Notes under the pieces: model-generated
Databases searched by the model: none
Seen by the model: only the letters and a program-made list of their open reading frames with translations
What the model was told of the DNA's origin: nothing
Translations under genes and position numbers: made by a program
Shown here: positions 1 to 9,789 of the stretch, piece after piece
Position numbering within the stretch: position 1 is the stretch's first letter
How the letters are laid out: each line of letters starts with the position of its first letter
From: Candidatus Latescibacterota bacterium
GTDB taxonomy: Bacteria > Latescibacterota > UBA2968 > UBA8231
Length of the DNA: 64,000 bases
Direction of reading: 5' to 3'
NCBI GenBank assembly: GCA_965221775.1
Contig: CBDCSU010000006.1
Span: forward strand, 832,001-896,000

Positions 1-831
1 TACGAGTTGCTCGACGAAGACCTGCACCGCATCGACCTGACCGACGGCAGCGTCGAGGACTGGCTCGAGGTCATCGGGGAGCCGTCCCTGGTCACCTCCG
101 ATTTCTGGAGAGGCTCGGAAAGCTGGCCCAGCGATCCCACGACCCTGGATGTCCGCGTCTGGCTCGCCTGGCACGGGAACAGCAGTACCATCTGGGTCGC
201 CGTGGAGGCCTACGATGCCCGCTACGTAGGGGCCCTCGGAGACGAAGAGGAAACAGCAAACTACTGCTGGGCATGGGACGCCTGCATGGAGTTTTTCATT
301 GACGGAGATCACTCCGGTGGTCGGTATCGCAGGTTCCCTGCCGGCGACCATACCGAGGAAGAGTTGGATCTGTTGAACTTTCGCCAGGCCCAGAAGTACT
401 GGATGCCGATCGACCCGGCGGGGGACCAATTCGTTCGCTTCAGCGGGAGCGGCGAGTGGCTCACGGAGGACCCGTACGCAGCCGCCGGCGGCGGCGCCGT
501 CGGCCGCACCCCGGCGACCTGGGTCTTCGAAGTCAAGGTGACGCCCTTCGACGCCCTCGTCTACAACGACGAGGGTTCTTCCAAAGCCTCAGAGCTGTAC
601 CCGGGCAAGACCATCGGTTTCGATCTCTGGCTCTACGACACTGACGAGGAACCTCCCTTTGTCTCTTCCACCGCCTACCTGCTCACGCCCTTGGAACTCT
701 CCGTGAACCGTTTCTCCAGCCACTTCGTCGACGGCCTGCTCGTCGGCGCCGGCGAAGACCCATCCCGCTACGACGACGATTCCGCCGTGACCCCCTCCTC
801 CTGGGGGCGCATCAAGGCCAGCTTCAGGTAG
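1..831 (+). CDS. Secreted CBM9/DOMON-like protein with C-terminal SWGRIK motif (5' truncated by window)
   Basis: Frame is open from base 1 (YELLDEDL...). Contains DACMEFFIDGDHSGG and ends DSAVTPSSWGRIKASFR. Clear paralog of 49782..50705, which has a signal peptide. Confidence 0.6.
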   Translation, partial: YELLDEDLHRIDLTDGSVEDWLEVIGEPSLVTSDFWRGSESWPSDPTTLDVRVWLAWHGNSSTIWVAVEAYDARYVGALGDEEETANYCWAWDACMEFFIDGDHSGGRYRRFPAGDHTEEELDLLNFRQAQKYWMPIDPAGDQFVRFSGSGEWLTEDPYAAAGGGAVGRTPATWVFEVKVTPFDALVYNDEGSSKASELYPGKTIGFDLWLYDTDEEPPFVSSTAYLLTPLELSVNRFSSHFVDGLLVGAGEDPSRYDDDSAVTPSSWGRIKASFR

Positions 832-882
832 CCGGCAGAGCGCCGGCCCGATCCTCGCCGCGGCACCGGACCCGCGCCGGAC

Positions 883-3366
883 TCACGGCGCGCAATCCTC
901 ACGCACCATCGCCCTCGCCGAGACCCCACCCTCCTGCGGGACCCGCACCACCACGGCCCCGCACTCGTCCGTCCGGTAGACCCGGGCCCCGGCCTCGCGG
1001 AACCGCGCCATCACCTCCGGCGCCGGGTGGCCGAACCTGTTGAAGGCGCCCACGGGGACGACGCAGACCGACGGGCTCACGGCGTCGACGAAGGCCGGCC
1101 CCGACGAGGTGCGCGACCCGTGGTGGGCCACCTTCAGGATCCCGCTCCTCAGCCCCTCACCCCACCCCAGCAGGGCCGGCTCCGACGCCTCCTCGATGTC
1201 GCCGGTGAAGAGCACGCGCGTCTCCCCGTAGTCGAAGCGGACCACCACCGAGCCGTCGTTCAGGCCGTGGGGAGAGCGGCCCCCGGCGCCGACGAAGCCC
1301 TCCCTCGGGTGCAGGACCACGGCGCCCACGCCCCCGAGGCCGGCGAGGCTGTCCCCGGCGGCGACGCGGTGATAGGCGATGCCCTTCTGGTGGATGAGCC
1401 GGCGCAGCCGCCGCGCCGTCCACGAGTCGTAGGCCTGGCCGCTGTCGATGAAGTGGCCCACCTCGACCTGCTCCAGCAGGTGCACCAGGCCGCCGATGTG
1501 GTCGGAGTGCGGATGGGAGGCGACGACCACGTCGACGCGGCCCACGCCCCGGTGCTCGAGGAAGGGGATGACGACGCGCTCCCCGAGGTCCGAGCGCCGG
1601 CTGCGGAGGCCGCCGTCGATGACCATGGTGCGGCCGTTGGGGAAGCGCAGGAAGGCGGCGTCCCCCTGCCCCACGTCGAGGAAGACGATCTCCAGGTCCC
1701 GGTCCCGCAGGACCCGCGGCCAGACCTCGAGATTGCCCCAGGCCAGCAGGGTCAGCAGCAGCAGCACCCGTCCCCGGGGGCGGCGCAGCCCCCAGGCGAG
1801 GAGCCCCGCGGTCCACGCCGCCAGGACCAGGGTGAGGGCCGAGGGTTTCGGCGTCGTCAGCGAGGCGAAGGGGAGGCCGGCGAAGACCTCCACGGCGCCC
1901 ATCAGGCCCTTCAGGGCGAGGTAGTTGGCGCCGTTGAACACGGTCCCGGCCAGGGGCCACCAGGGACCGGTGAGGGCCGCCATCAGGCCGAGGGAGACAG
2001 CCGCCCCGAGGAGCGGCACGACCACCAGGTTGGCGGCCAGCGACACCGGCGCGAACTGCTGGAAGTGCCAGGCGATGAGGGGTCCCGTGCCGATCTGCGC
2101 CGCCATGGTGACGCACAGGGGCGACAGCACCCACTTGCCGAGGGCCCGGTCCTCGTCGCGCCAGGCCGGGGGCCACAGCGACATGAGCAGGCCGTGGAGG
2201 GCGACGATGGCGAGGGTGGCCCCGAAGGAGAGCTGGAAGGAGAGGGTGAGGAGACTCGCCGGCCACAGGCAGAGGATGACGATCGCCGCCAGGCCGAGGG
2301 AGTTGTAGACCTCCCCCCGGCGGCCGATGGCGCGGCCCATCAGCACCACGCCGGCCATGATCGAGGCGCGCACCACCGGCGCCTGCAGGTCGGTGAGGAG
2401 GGCGTAGAGGAGGAGGACGGCGGTCGTGGCCAGGCAGGCGGCCCACGGGGGCGCCCGGGCCACCCGGAAGAGGGTGTAGAAGAACAGGGCCACGAGACCG
2501 ACGTGGAGGCCGCTGATGACGAGGGCGTGGGCCAGCCCCGTGTGCCGGAAGCGGTCCGCCACCTCGGCGGGGATGCGGTGCTTCTCCCCCAGCAGCATGC
2601 CCCGCAGCAGGCCGGCCGGGGGTCCGGAGAGGTTCGCCTCCAGGGCGTGGCGCAGCTCCCGGCGCAGGGGCAGGACGAGGTGCTCGCGCCACCAGACCGC
2701 GGGCCGGGCCTCGACGCGCAGCAGCTGGTCGCGCCGGTACGCCGAGGCGGTGGCGTGCACCCCCTGCAGGTGGAGGTAGCGGCGGAAGTCGAAGGCGCCG
2801 GGGTTGCGCGCCGGCTGGGGGCGCCGGAGGCGCGTCTTCAGCCAGATGCGGTCACCGGCGCCGGCCGGCAGCCGGAAGCCGCGCAGGGTCACCCACACCC
2901 GTCCCGCCAGATGGAGGGGGTCGCCCTCGGCGGGGTCCCAGCCCTCGGCCTCGAGGACGAGCCGCGTCCGGCGTTCCCCCTCGGCCTCGCTCTCCTCCGC
3001 TTCGCCCACCAGCCGGCCCACCAGGACGCCGCGCTCTCCCAGGGCCTCCGAGCGCGTCACGTGGTGTGGCGGCCACAGCCGTGTGTGCTGGTGGTAGCGG
3101 AACCCTCCCGCGCAAGCGGCCAGGGCCAGCAGGCAGATCGAGGCAGGGAGGGGCGCCCGCCCCGTCAGGCACCCTGCCAGGCCCAGGGTCCCCACCACGG
3201 CGGCCCCCCACTGCCACAGGGAGAGGGGCGGCGCCAGCTGGTCGGCGGCCAGGATCCCGGCGCCGAGGGCGGCGGCGGTCCACAGGGCCGGGCGTCTCTT
3301 GGCGCGGAATCCGGGCACGGCGAGTCGGCCGCAAGCAGCGTGCCCCGCCGCCTCGACCCCGTTCAC
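883..3366 (-). CDS. comEC: DNA internalization competence protein ComEC/Rec2
   Basis: NPGAFDF, GLAHALVISGLHVG competence domain, SFQLSF, and C-terminal metallo-beta-lactamase motifs (FLDVGQGDA, SHPHSDHIGG, KVAHHGS). Confidence 0.95.
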   Translation of the reverse strand: MNGVEAAGHAACGRLAVPGFRAKRRPALWTAAALGAGILAADQLAPPLSLWQWGAAVVGTLGLAGCLTGRAPLPASICLLALAACAGGFRYHQHTRLWPPHHVTRSEALGERGVLVGRLVGEAEESEAEGERRTRLVLEAEGWDPAEGDPLHLAGRVWVTLRGFRLPAGAGDRIWLKTRLRRPQPARNPGAFDFRRYLHLQGVHATASAYRRDQLLRVEARPAVWWREHLVLPLRRELRHALEANLSGPPAGLLRGMLLGEKHRIPAEVADRFRHTGLAHALVISGLHVGLVALFFYTLFRVARAPPWAACLATTAVLLLYALLTDLQAPVVRASIMAGVVLMGRAIGRRGEVYNSLGLAAIVILCLWPASLLTLSFQLSFGATLAIVALHGLLMSLWPPAWRDEDRALGKWVLSPLCVTMAAQIGTGPLIAWHFQQFAPVSLAANLVVVPLLGAAVSLGLMAALTGPWWPLAGTVFNGANYLALKGLMGAVEVFAGLPFASLTTPKPSALTLVLAAWTAGLLAWGLRRPRGRVLLLLTLLAWGNLEVWPRVLRDRDLEIVFLDVGQGDAAFLRFPNGRTMVIDGGLRSRRSDLGERVVIPFLEHRGVGRVDVVVASHPHSDHIGGLVHLLEQVEVGHFIDSGQAYDSWTARRLRRLIHQKGIAYHRVAAGDSLAGLGGVGAVVLHPREGFVGAGGRSPHGLNDGSVVVRFDYGETRVLFTGDIEEASEPALLGWGEGLRSGILKVAHHGSRTSSGPAFVDAVSPSVCVVPVGAFNRFGHPAPEVMARFREAGARVYRTDECGAVVVRVPQEGGVSARAMVREDCAP

Positions 3367-3389
3367 CCTCCCCGGTATATTGGCGCACC

Positions 3390-3788
3390 ATGCTCTTCCG
3401 CCTGTTCCTCCTCTTCGCCCTCCTGCCCGTGATCGAGCTGGCCCTGCTCGTGCAGGTCGGCTCGCGCATCGGCGTGACCCCCACGGTGGCGCTGGTCCTG
3501 GCCACCGGCGCGGCCGGCGCCTTCCTGGCCCGGGCCCAGGGCCTGCGCGCCCTGCGCCGCCTGCAGGCGGCCGTCGGCGCCAGCGCCTTCCCCGGCGACG
3601 AGATCTTCGACGGGGTCCTGATCCTCGGGGGCGGACTGCTGCTGCTGACGCCGGGGCTGCTCACCGACGCCGTCGGCTTCGGCGCCCTGATCCCCGGCAC
3701 CCGCCGCCTCCTCAAGCGGTTCCTGGAGCGGCAGGTGCGCCGGCGCCTGCGCCCCGGCGAGGTGCGCGGGACCTACACGGTGGAATGA
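3390..3788 (+). CDS. fxsA: FxsA family membrane protein
   Basis: MLFRLFLLFALLPVIELALL...GGLLLLTPGLLTDAVG signature. Start reassigned to ATG 3390. Confidence 0.9.
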   Translation: MLFRLFLLFALLPVIELALLVQVGSRIGVTPTVALVLATGAAGAFLARAQGLRALRRLQAAVGASAFPGDEIFDGVLILGGGLLLLTPGLLTDAVGFGALIPGTRRLLKRFLERQVRRRLRPGEVRGTYTVE

Positions 3789-4084
3789 CGGCGGAACCGA
3801 CCCCCGCCCAGGTGCGCCGCCTGCGCTCCCTCGGCCACGGGCTGCGGCCCAAGGTGTCGGTGGGGCGCGCCGGGCTCAGCGAGCCGGTGCTGCGCTCGCT
3901 GGAGGAGGCGTTCCACACCTCGGAGCTGGTGAAGGCGCGTCTGGAGAGATCGTGCGAGCTCGACCGCGGGGAGGCGGGGCGCCTGCTGGCCGAGGCCGCG
4001 GAGGCTCACCTGGTGCAGGTCCTGGGGCGCACGGTGCTGCTCTACCGGCCCGACGGCGAGAGCCCGAAGATCCAGCTTCCCTGA
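3785..4084 (+). CDS. yhbY: YhbY/CRM RNA-binding protein
   Basis: LRSLGHGLRPKVSVGRAGL...ELVK...VQVLGRTVLLYR. ATGA overlap with fxsA stop. Confidence 0.9.
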   Translation: MTAEPTPAQVRRLRSLGHGLRPKVSVGRAGLSEPVLRSLEEAFHTSELVKARLERSCELDRGEAGRLLAEAAEAHLVQVLGRTVLLYRPDGESPKIQLP

Positions 4085-4091
4085 GCCGCCC

Positions 4092-5654
4092 TCAGGCGGC
4101 CGTCTTCTCCTCGAGGATCCGCAGGACCCGCTCCTTGCCGAGGAGCGCCACGAAGGTGCCGAACCGCGGCCCCCGCTCCTGGCCGAGGACGACCTCGTAG
4201 AAGCAGCGGAACAGCTCCTTCGGCTCGCGGCCGGCCTCGCGGGCCACGTCGAAGGGGATCGCCTGCAGCGCCTGCTCGTCGCCGTTGCCGGAGGCGGCCA
4301 GGCGGTCGCGGACCCGCCACAGCAGGGCGCGCTCGTCGTCGTCGGGGCTTCGGTAACGCTTGCCGGGCAGGACCTGCTCCCGGTAGTACGCCAGGCCCTT
4401 GCGCACGAGAGCGTCGAGGACGTCGGGACTGGCCGAGACCTGCGGATCGTAGCGCTGCAGGAACTCCTTCAGCAGCTCCTCGTCGTCGCTGCCGAGGGCC
4501 GAGATCAGGTTGAGGACGACGGTGTAGCTGACGTTGCCGGCGTACTCCGGCACGCCCCGGCCGCGGTCGAAGATGTGCCACAGGGCGTGGGCCAGGCGCC
4601 CCTCCTCGTCCAGCCCCGGCCACCGCCGCAGCCCCTCCAGGTAGTCGTCCACGCACCGGGGCACGATCTCCCAGACCAGGCGCTTGGCGCGCCCGGGGTT
4701 CTGGTAGATGTGGTAGAGCAGCGACTCGATGGGGGCGAAGTCGAGCCAGTGCTCCACCGTCATCCCCGGACGCCCCGCCGACTTCGAGATCCGCCGCCCC
4801 TCCTCGTCGAGCCACAGCTCGAAGGTCATCCCCGCCGGCGGCTGCCGGCCCATGATGCGCACGATGCGGCTGGAGACCTTCACCGAGTCGATCAGGTCCT
4901 TGCCGTACATCTCGTAGTCGACTTGGTACGTGAACCAGCGCAGCGCCCAGTCGACCTTCCAGCCCACCTTCGCCTTTCCTCCCAGGATGGAGGTCTCGCC
5001 GCTCTCGCCGCAGCCGCGGGCGGCGGGCTCGTCGCCGTCGCAGACGAAGGAGACGGTGCGCCGCTCCGGGTGGTAGTCGGTGACCCGGGTGGCGTTGACC
5101 GAGCCGCAGGCCGGGCAGATGGGGAGGAAGGGGGACCAGCCCTTGCGGCGCTCCGGCCCCAGGGTCGGCAGGATGACCTGAAGGACCTCGTCGACCTTCT
5201 CCAGCAGGATGGCCAGGCCCTCGTCGAACTCGCCGTCGCCGTAGGCCCGGGCGGCGCTCTTGAACTCGTAGTCGAAGCCGTACTCGTCGAGGAACCGCCG
5301 CAGCCGGCCGTTGTTGTGATCGGCGAAGCTGGCGCTGCGGCCGAAGGGGTCGGGAACGGCGCTCAGGGGCTGGCCCAGGTGGGCGGCCAGGACCTCGCCG
5401 TTGGGGACGTTCTGCGGCACCTTGCGCAGGCCGTCCATGTCGTCGGAGAACGCCTGCAGGCGCGTGGGCCGGCCGGTGAGGTGCTCGAAGGCGCGGCGCA
5501 CGAAGCTGGTGCGCGCCACCTCGGCGAAGGTGCCGATGTGGGGCAGGCCGCTGGGGCCGTACCCGGTCTGGAACAGGATGGGGCGCCCGCCCTCCGGCGG
5601 CCGGCGCTCGAGGATGCGCTCGGCCTCGGCGAAGGGCCAGGCTCTCGGCGCCAT
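4092..5654 (-). CDS. lysS: Lysine--tRNA ligase, class I
   Basis: AWPFAEA, TGYGPSGLPHIGTFAEV, KVDWALRW, YGKDL, ISKS and GQERGPRFG motifs of class I LysRS. Confidence 0.93.
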   Translation of the reverse strand: MAPRAWPFAEAERILERRPPEGGRPILFQTGYGPSGLPHIGTFAEVARTSFVRRAFEHLTGRPTRLQAFSDDMDGLRKVPQNVPNGEVLAAHLGQPLSAVPDPFGRSASFADHNNGRLRRFLDEYGFDYEFKSAARAYGDGEFDEGLAILLEKVDEVLQVILPTLGPERRKGWSPFLPICPACGSVNATRVTDYHPERRTVSFVCDGDEPAARGCGESGETSILGGKAKVGWKVDWALRWFTYQVDYEMYGKDLIDSVKVSSRIVRIMGRQPPAGMTFELWLDEEGRRISKSAGRPGMTVEHWLDFAPIESLLYHIYQNPGRAKRLVWEIVPRCVDDYLEGLRRWPGLDEEGRLAHALWHIFDRGRGVPEYAGNVSYTVVLNLISALGSDDEELLKEFLQRYDPQVSASPDVLDALVRKGLAYYREQVLPGKRYRSPDDDERALLWRVRDRLAASGNGDEQALQAIPFDVAREAGREPKELFRCFYEVVLGQERGPRFGTFVALLGKERVLRILEEKTAA

Positions 5655-5666
5655 GGGCCGGCGCCG

Positions 5667-5885
5667 CTAGCGGTTGCGGAAGGTGATGCGGCCCCGGCTC
5701 AGGTCGTATGGGGACAGGGCCACGGTGACCTGGTCTCCGGGCAGCACGCGGATGTAGTACTTCCGCATCTTGCCCGAGATGTGGGCCAGGATCTCGTGAC
5801 CGTTCTCCATCTCCACCTTGAAGAAGCCGTTGGGCAGGGCCTCCTGGACCACCGCCTGGACCTCGATCGCCTCTTCCTTGGGCAT
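5667..5885 (-). CDS. infA: Translation initiation factor IF-1
   Basis: MPKEEAIEV...[38 protein letters not shown]. Confidence 0.98.
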   Translation of the reverse strand: MPKEEAIEVQAVVQEALPNGFFKVEMENGHEILAHISGKMRKYYIRVLPGDQVTVALSPYDLSRGRITFRNR

Positions 5886-6032
5886 ACGCTCTCTTTCGCG
5901 TTCAGAACGAAAAACGGCGAGCGCCGACAGGATCTCCGGTCACCGGAGCAGCACTCGCCGAAACCGCCAGCTTCGATTGCCAGTCAGAGATCCATGCGCG
6001 TCCCCGGCCATGGGTTTTTCAGGCAGCAACCC

Positions 6033-6061
6033 AAAGTATGGAGCCGGGCCTTCGGAGTCAA
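6033..6061 (-). promoter_or_regulatory. sigma70-type promoter upstream of infA
   Basis: Minus strand TTGACT-17 nt-TACTTT, about 145 nt upstream of the infA ATG. Confidence 0.6.
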
Positions 6062-6063
6062 CG

Positions 6064-6984
6064 CTACTCGAAGAGATAGCTGTCGTCGTACTCGGCGTTG
6101 CGCGCCGCCTCGATGCGGTGGAGTCGGGGGGTGAGCCGGGCCTCGAGCTGGTACCAGCGCTCGGCCTCCTCGGGCCGGCCGCTGCGGTCGAGGACGTACG
6201 CCAGGTTGTGGATCGCCGGCACGTGCAGGGAGTCGAGGCCCACGGCGGCGGCGAAGGCCTTGCGGGCGGCGGCCAGGTCCTCCAGGCGCAGGTGGGCGAC
6301 GCCCTCGGCGTAGATCACGTCGGCGTGCTCGCGCAGGGCGAAGGAGCGGTGGAAGAAGGCGATGGCCTGGCGCGGGTGGCCGGCCTCCAGCAGGGTCAGG
6401 CCGCGGGCGAAGTACGACTGCGACAGGGCCCGGCGGGCGCCGGGGTGGTCGGCCCGCCTGTCCACGAGGATCTCGAGATGGGAGATGGAGCGCCGGTAGT
6501 CCTGCACCCGGTGGTAGGCGACGCCGAGGTTGTAGCGGGCGTCGTCGCGCTCGGGGTCGAGGCGCAGGGTGCGCTCCAGGTAGCCGATCCCCTCGCCCTG
6601 CTCGCCGGTGGCGCACAACAGCGTGCCGAGTCCGGCCAGGGCCTCGACCATGGTGGAGTCCTGCTCCAGGGCCCGCCGGTAGTGCTCCTCCGCCTCGGCG
6701 ATGCGCGACTGGGCGTGGCGCACGACGCCGAGGTTGCAGTGCGCCTCGGCGTAGCCCGGCTCCAGCGCCAGGGCCTCCTCCAGCTGGCGGGCGGCCATGG
6801 CGTAGCCCTGGTCCTCGAAGTAGGCGTTGGCCAGCAGCACCCGCAGCTCGGGGTTGTACGGGTCCTTCTGCACCCGCTCCTTCTGGTAGCGGATGCGCTC
6901 CTTGGCCCAGACGTTGTAGCCCTCCTTGGCCGCCGCCGGCGCCGCCAGGCACAGGACGAGGGCGGCGGCCATCGCCCGGCTCAT
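6064..6984 (-). CDS. Secreted tetratricopeptide repeat protein
   Basis: Signal peptide MSRAMAAALVLCLAAPAAA followed by repeated TPR helices (AEAHCNLGVV, ARYNLGVAY, AIHNLAYVL). Confidence 0.85.
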   Translation of the reverse strand: MSRAMAAALVLCLAAPAAAKEGYNVWAKERIRYQKERVQKDPYNPELRVLLANAYFEDQGYAMAARQLEEALALEPGYAEAHCNLGVVRHAQSRIAEAEEHYRRALEQDSTMVEALAGLGTLLCATGEQGEGIGYLERTLRLDPERDDARYNLGVAYHRVQDYRRSISHLEILVDRRADHPGARRALSQSYFARGLTLLEAGHPRQAIAFFHRSFALREHADVIYAEGVAHLRLEDLAAARKAFAAAVGLDSLHVPAIHNLAYVLDRSGRPEEAERWYQLEARLTPRLHRIEAARNAEYDDSYLFE

Positions 6985-8270
6985 GGAGCGAACTTCTGGA
7001 TCCGGTTGTTGAAGGTGTCGGCCACGTAGATGTACCCGTCGCGGTCGCGGGCGATGCCGCCGGCCACGACCTCCCGGGTCACCCGCTCGCCCGTGGTCAC
7101 GTCGGCGAGCACGGTGGCCTCGCCGCGGAAGCGGAAGGCGGAGGGGCCGCCGCCCTCCCGGCCCCACCTCGTGAGGTACTCGCCGCCGCGGAAGACCTCG
7201 ATGCGGTCGTGGCCGCCGTTGACCACGAAGACGCGGTCGGTGGCGGTGTCGTGGGTGAAGTCCGTGGGCCGGTTGAGGAGGCCGGCGCCCCGGTCCTCCG
7301 GCGACAGCGGGTCGCGGCCGGTGACGCGCCCCACCTCGTTGCGTTCCACCGAGCCGTAGACCACGAGGCGCGGCGCCTGCCAGCCGGAGGTATCGTAGCC
7401 CAGGGGCTCCACGAGGGCGGCGAAGGCGCCGTCGTGGAAGCGCACGCTCGACACCATCAGCGGCGGGACGCTGTAGTGCTCGACGAGCTCGCCGTCGGGA
7501 CCGAGCTCCTGCAGGTGGCTGACGCTCTCCACGAAGAGGCGGTCGCCGTCGGCGGTGATGTGGCGCGCGAAGACGGTGCTCAGCGGCCGCGTCCACAGCC
7601 GGGCCCCGTCGGCCCCGAGCTTCGCCCAGCGCGGCTGCGGCGGGCCCCCCTCCACGTGGGTGTTGAAGACGACGTACAGGTGCCCCCCCGCGTCGAAAGC
7701 CGCGGACGCGGCATCGAGGGTGGCGGTCTCGAGGCAGGCGCTGGGCGCGTCGGTGTAGGGCCAGCGCCCCATGGGCCGGCCTTCCCCGTCGAAGCGCTCG
7801 ACCCAGCCGCGGCCGGCGCCGAGGACGTGGAGGACGCCCTGCTCGGAGAGGACGATCCGGGTCGGCAGGAAGCCGTCGGACAGGGACCAGCCGCCGACGC
7901 GGCGGTGGATGCCGCCCGGCACGGCCGGGCTCTCGAGGCGCAGCTCCTCCTCGTCCCCACGGGCGCGGAAGACGGCGGCCACGCGGTAGCGGTAGCCGCG
8001 GTCGGCCAGCAGCCCCTCGTCGACCCAGGCCGTGTCCCGGTGGCCGCTGACCGAGGCCACGACCTCGAAGCCGCGCCGGCCGGCGCGCTCCAGGTCGTAG
8101 CGCAGGAATCCCTTCTCCGGGACCCGGCCCCAGGCCAGCCGCGCGCTGGCGCTGACACTGTCGAAGTCGACGCGCAAAGCCGCCGGGGGAGCGGGGCGGG
8201 ACGGCCGGCCGAAAGGCAGGCTGCATGCGCCCAGGGCGGCCAGCAGGCAGAGGAGAGGGAGACGGCGCAT
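6981..8270 (-). CDS. Lipoprotein with FN3-like N-domain and NHL-repeat beta-propeller
   Basis: Lipobox LGAC. YRYRVAAV FN3-like strand. C-terminal GIARDRDGYIYVADTFNNRIQKF NHL repeat. Confidence 0.75.
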   Translation of the reverse strand: MRRLPLLCLLAALGACSLPFGRPSRPAPPAALRVDFDSVSASARLAWGRVPEKGFLRYDLERAGRRGFEVVASVSGHRDTAWVDEGLLADRGYRYRVAAVFRARGDEEELRLESPAVPGGIHRRVGGWSLSDGFLPTRIVLSEQGVLHVLGAGRGWVERFDGEGRPMGRWPYTDAPSACLETATLDAASAAFDAGGHLYVVFNTHVEGGPPQPRWAKLGADGARLWTRPLSTVFARHITADGDRLFVESVSHLQELGPDGELVEHYSVPPLMVSSVRFHDGAFAALVEPLGYDTSGWQAPRLVVYGSVERNEVGRVTGRDPLSPEDRGAGLLNRPTDFTHDTATDRVFVVNGGHDRIEVFRGGEYLTRWGREGGGPSAFRFRGEATVLADVTTGERVTREVVAGGIARDRDGYIYVADTFNNRIQKFAP

Positions 8271-8420
8271 CGCGGTGGTTCCCATGGCAGGGGCCGCTAC
8301 GATAGCGGTGCCCGCATGGGTGTTCAAGCGGCTTCCCCCGCCCGTGGAACCCCCCGCGGACGACCCGTACTATTCGGCGCCATGGCCCCTGCCACGACCA
8401 TCGCCCCCGGAGAGGACCCC

Positions 8421-9788
8421 GTGAGCCGGGACCCCCCGCTCATGGTCAGCCACTCCGGCATCCGCGGCATCGTCGGCCGGTCCCTCACCGGCGAGACGGT
8501 GCGCCGCTTCGCCGCCGCCTTCGCCGCGCGTCTGCCGGCGGGGTCCCGTGTCGTCCTGGCGCGGGACACGCGCCCTTCGGGGGAGGACTTCGCCCGAGCC
8601 GCCGCCGAGGAGCTGCAGGAGGCCGGGTGCGCCGTCCTCGACCTCGGCGTCTGCGAGACGCCCGCCGCCAAGATGATGGTCCTCCTGCTGCCGGCCGACG
8701 GCGCCGTCATCCTCACGGCCAGCCACAATCCGGCCGGGTGGAACGGCCTCAAGCTGATCCGCGGGGACGGGATCTTCCTCGACGCCGAGGGCGCCCGCCA
8801 GGTGGAGGCGGCCTTCCGGCGCGGAGACCGCCGGCGGGCCCCCGGAGGGCGGCTGGAGCGCGTCTCCCGGGAAGAAGTGGAAACCCGCCTCCTCGAACGT
8901 ATCCTGAACGTCGTCGACGTCGATCTCATCCGGCGCGCCGGCCTGCGCGCCGCCGTCGACCCCTGCAACGGCACCGGGGCCCTCTTCGCGCCGCGCCTGC
9001 TCGAGGCCCTGGGCGTCGAGGCCGTCTTCATCCACGCCGAGCCCCACGGCCGCTTCGCCCACGACCCGGAGCCGGTCCCCGGGAACCTGGCCGACCTCGG
9101 CCGCGCCGTCGTCGACCACGGCTGCCACGCCGGCTTCGCCATCGATCCCGACGCCGACCGCGTCGCCCTCGTCGGCGAGGACGGAAGACCCCTCGGCGAG
9201 GACCTCACCCTGGCGCTGGCGGTGCAGGTGGTGACCCGGCGGCGCCGCGGCCCCGTGGTGACCACCCTCTGCACCTCCCAGGTGGTGAGCGACGCCGCCG
9301 AGGCGGCGGGCTGTCCGGTCACCCTCACCCCCGTCGGCGAGGTCCATGTCGTCGACGCCATGATCGCCGAAGGCGCGGTCATCGGCGGCGAGGGCAACGG
9401 CGGCGTCATCCTCACCGAGGTCGACCCCGGCCGCGACGCCGCCGTCGGTCTGGCCCTCGTCCTCGAGGCTCTGGCCGGAAGCGGGCCCTCGCTCACAGGG
9501 CTGGCCGCTGCCCTGCCCGCCTATCACATCGAGAAACGCAGGGTCGACGCCGACCCCGCGGGGACGGAAGGGGCCCTGTCCTGTCTCGCCGGGCGCTACC
9601 CCGGCGCTTTCCGCCACCCCGTCGCCGATGGCGGCAAGCTCTACCTGCGGGGCCGGCTCGAGTGTCCGTGGGTCCACCTGCGGGCGTCGAACACCGAGCC
9701 CGTGGTGCGGGTCATGGCGGAGAGCGCCGACCCCGAAGAGGCGGCGAGGTTGTGCGACGAGGCGGAGGGCCTGCTGGCCGGGGGGTGA
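8421..9788 (+). CDS. Phosphohexomutase (phosphoglucosamine mutase / PMM-PGM family)
   Basis: SGIRG, TASHNP active-site Ser, DPDADR metal loop, GGEGNGG, RASNTEP. Start at GTG 8421 or ATG 8382. Confidence 0.9.
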   Translation: MSRDPPLMVSHSGIRGIVGRSLTGETVRRFAAAFAARLPAGSRVVLARDTRPSGEDFARAAAEELQEAGCAVLDLGVCETPAAKMMVLLLPADGAVILTASHNPAGWNGLKLIRGDGIFLDAEGARQVEAAFRRGDRRRAPGGRLERVSREEVETRLLERILNVVDVDLIRRAGLRAAVDPCNGTGALFAPRLLEALGVEAVFIHAEPHGRFAHDPEPVPGNLADLGRAVVDHGCHAGFAIDPDADRVALVGEDGRPLGEDLTLALAVQVVTRRRRGPVVTTLCTSQVVSDAAEAAGCPVTLTPVGEVHVVDAMIAEGAVIGGEGNGGVILTEVDPGRDAAVGLALVLEALAGSGPSLTGLAAALPAYHIEKRRVDADPAGTEGALSCLAGRYPGAFRHPVADGGKLYLRGRLECPWVHLRASNTEPVVRVMAESADPEEAARLCDEAEGLLAGG

Positions 9789-9789
9789 T

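Noticed and set aside
1027-3432. Long antisense or alternate-frame ORFs (e.g. 1027..3432, 20911..23970, 26355..29072, 37956..40643, 60904..62712)
   Set aside because: Shadow ORFs typical of high-GC DNA. They overlap well-supported genes and have low-complexity Arg/Gly/Pro translations with no motifs.
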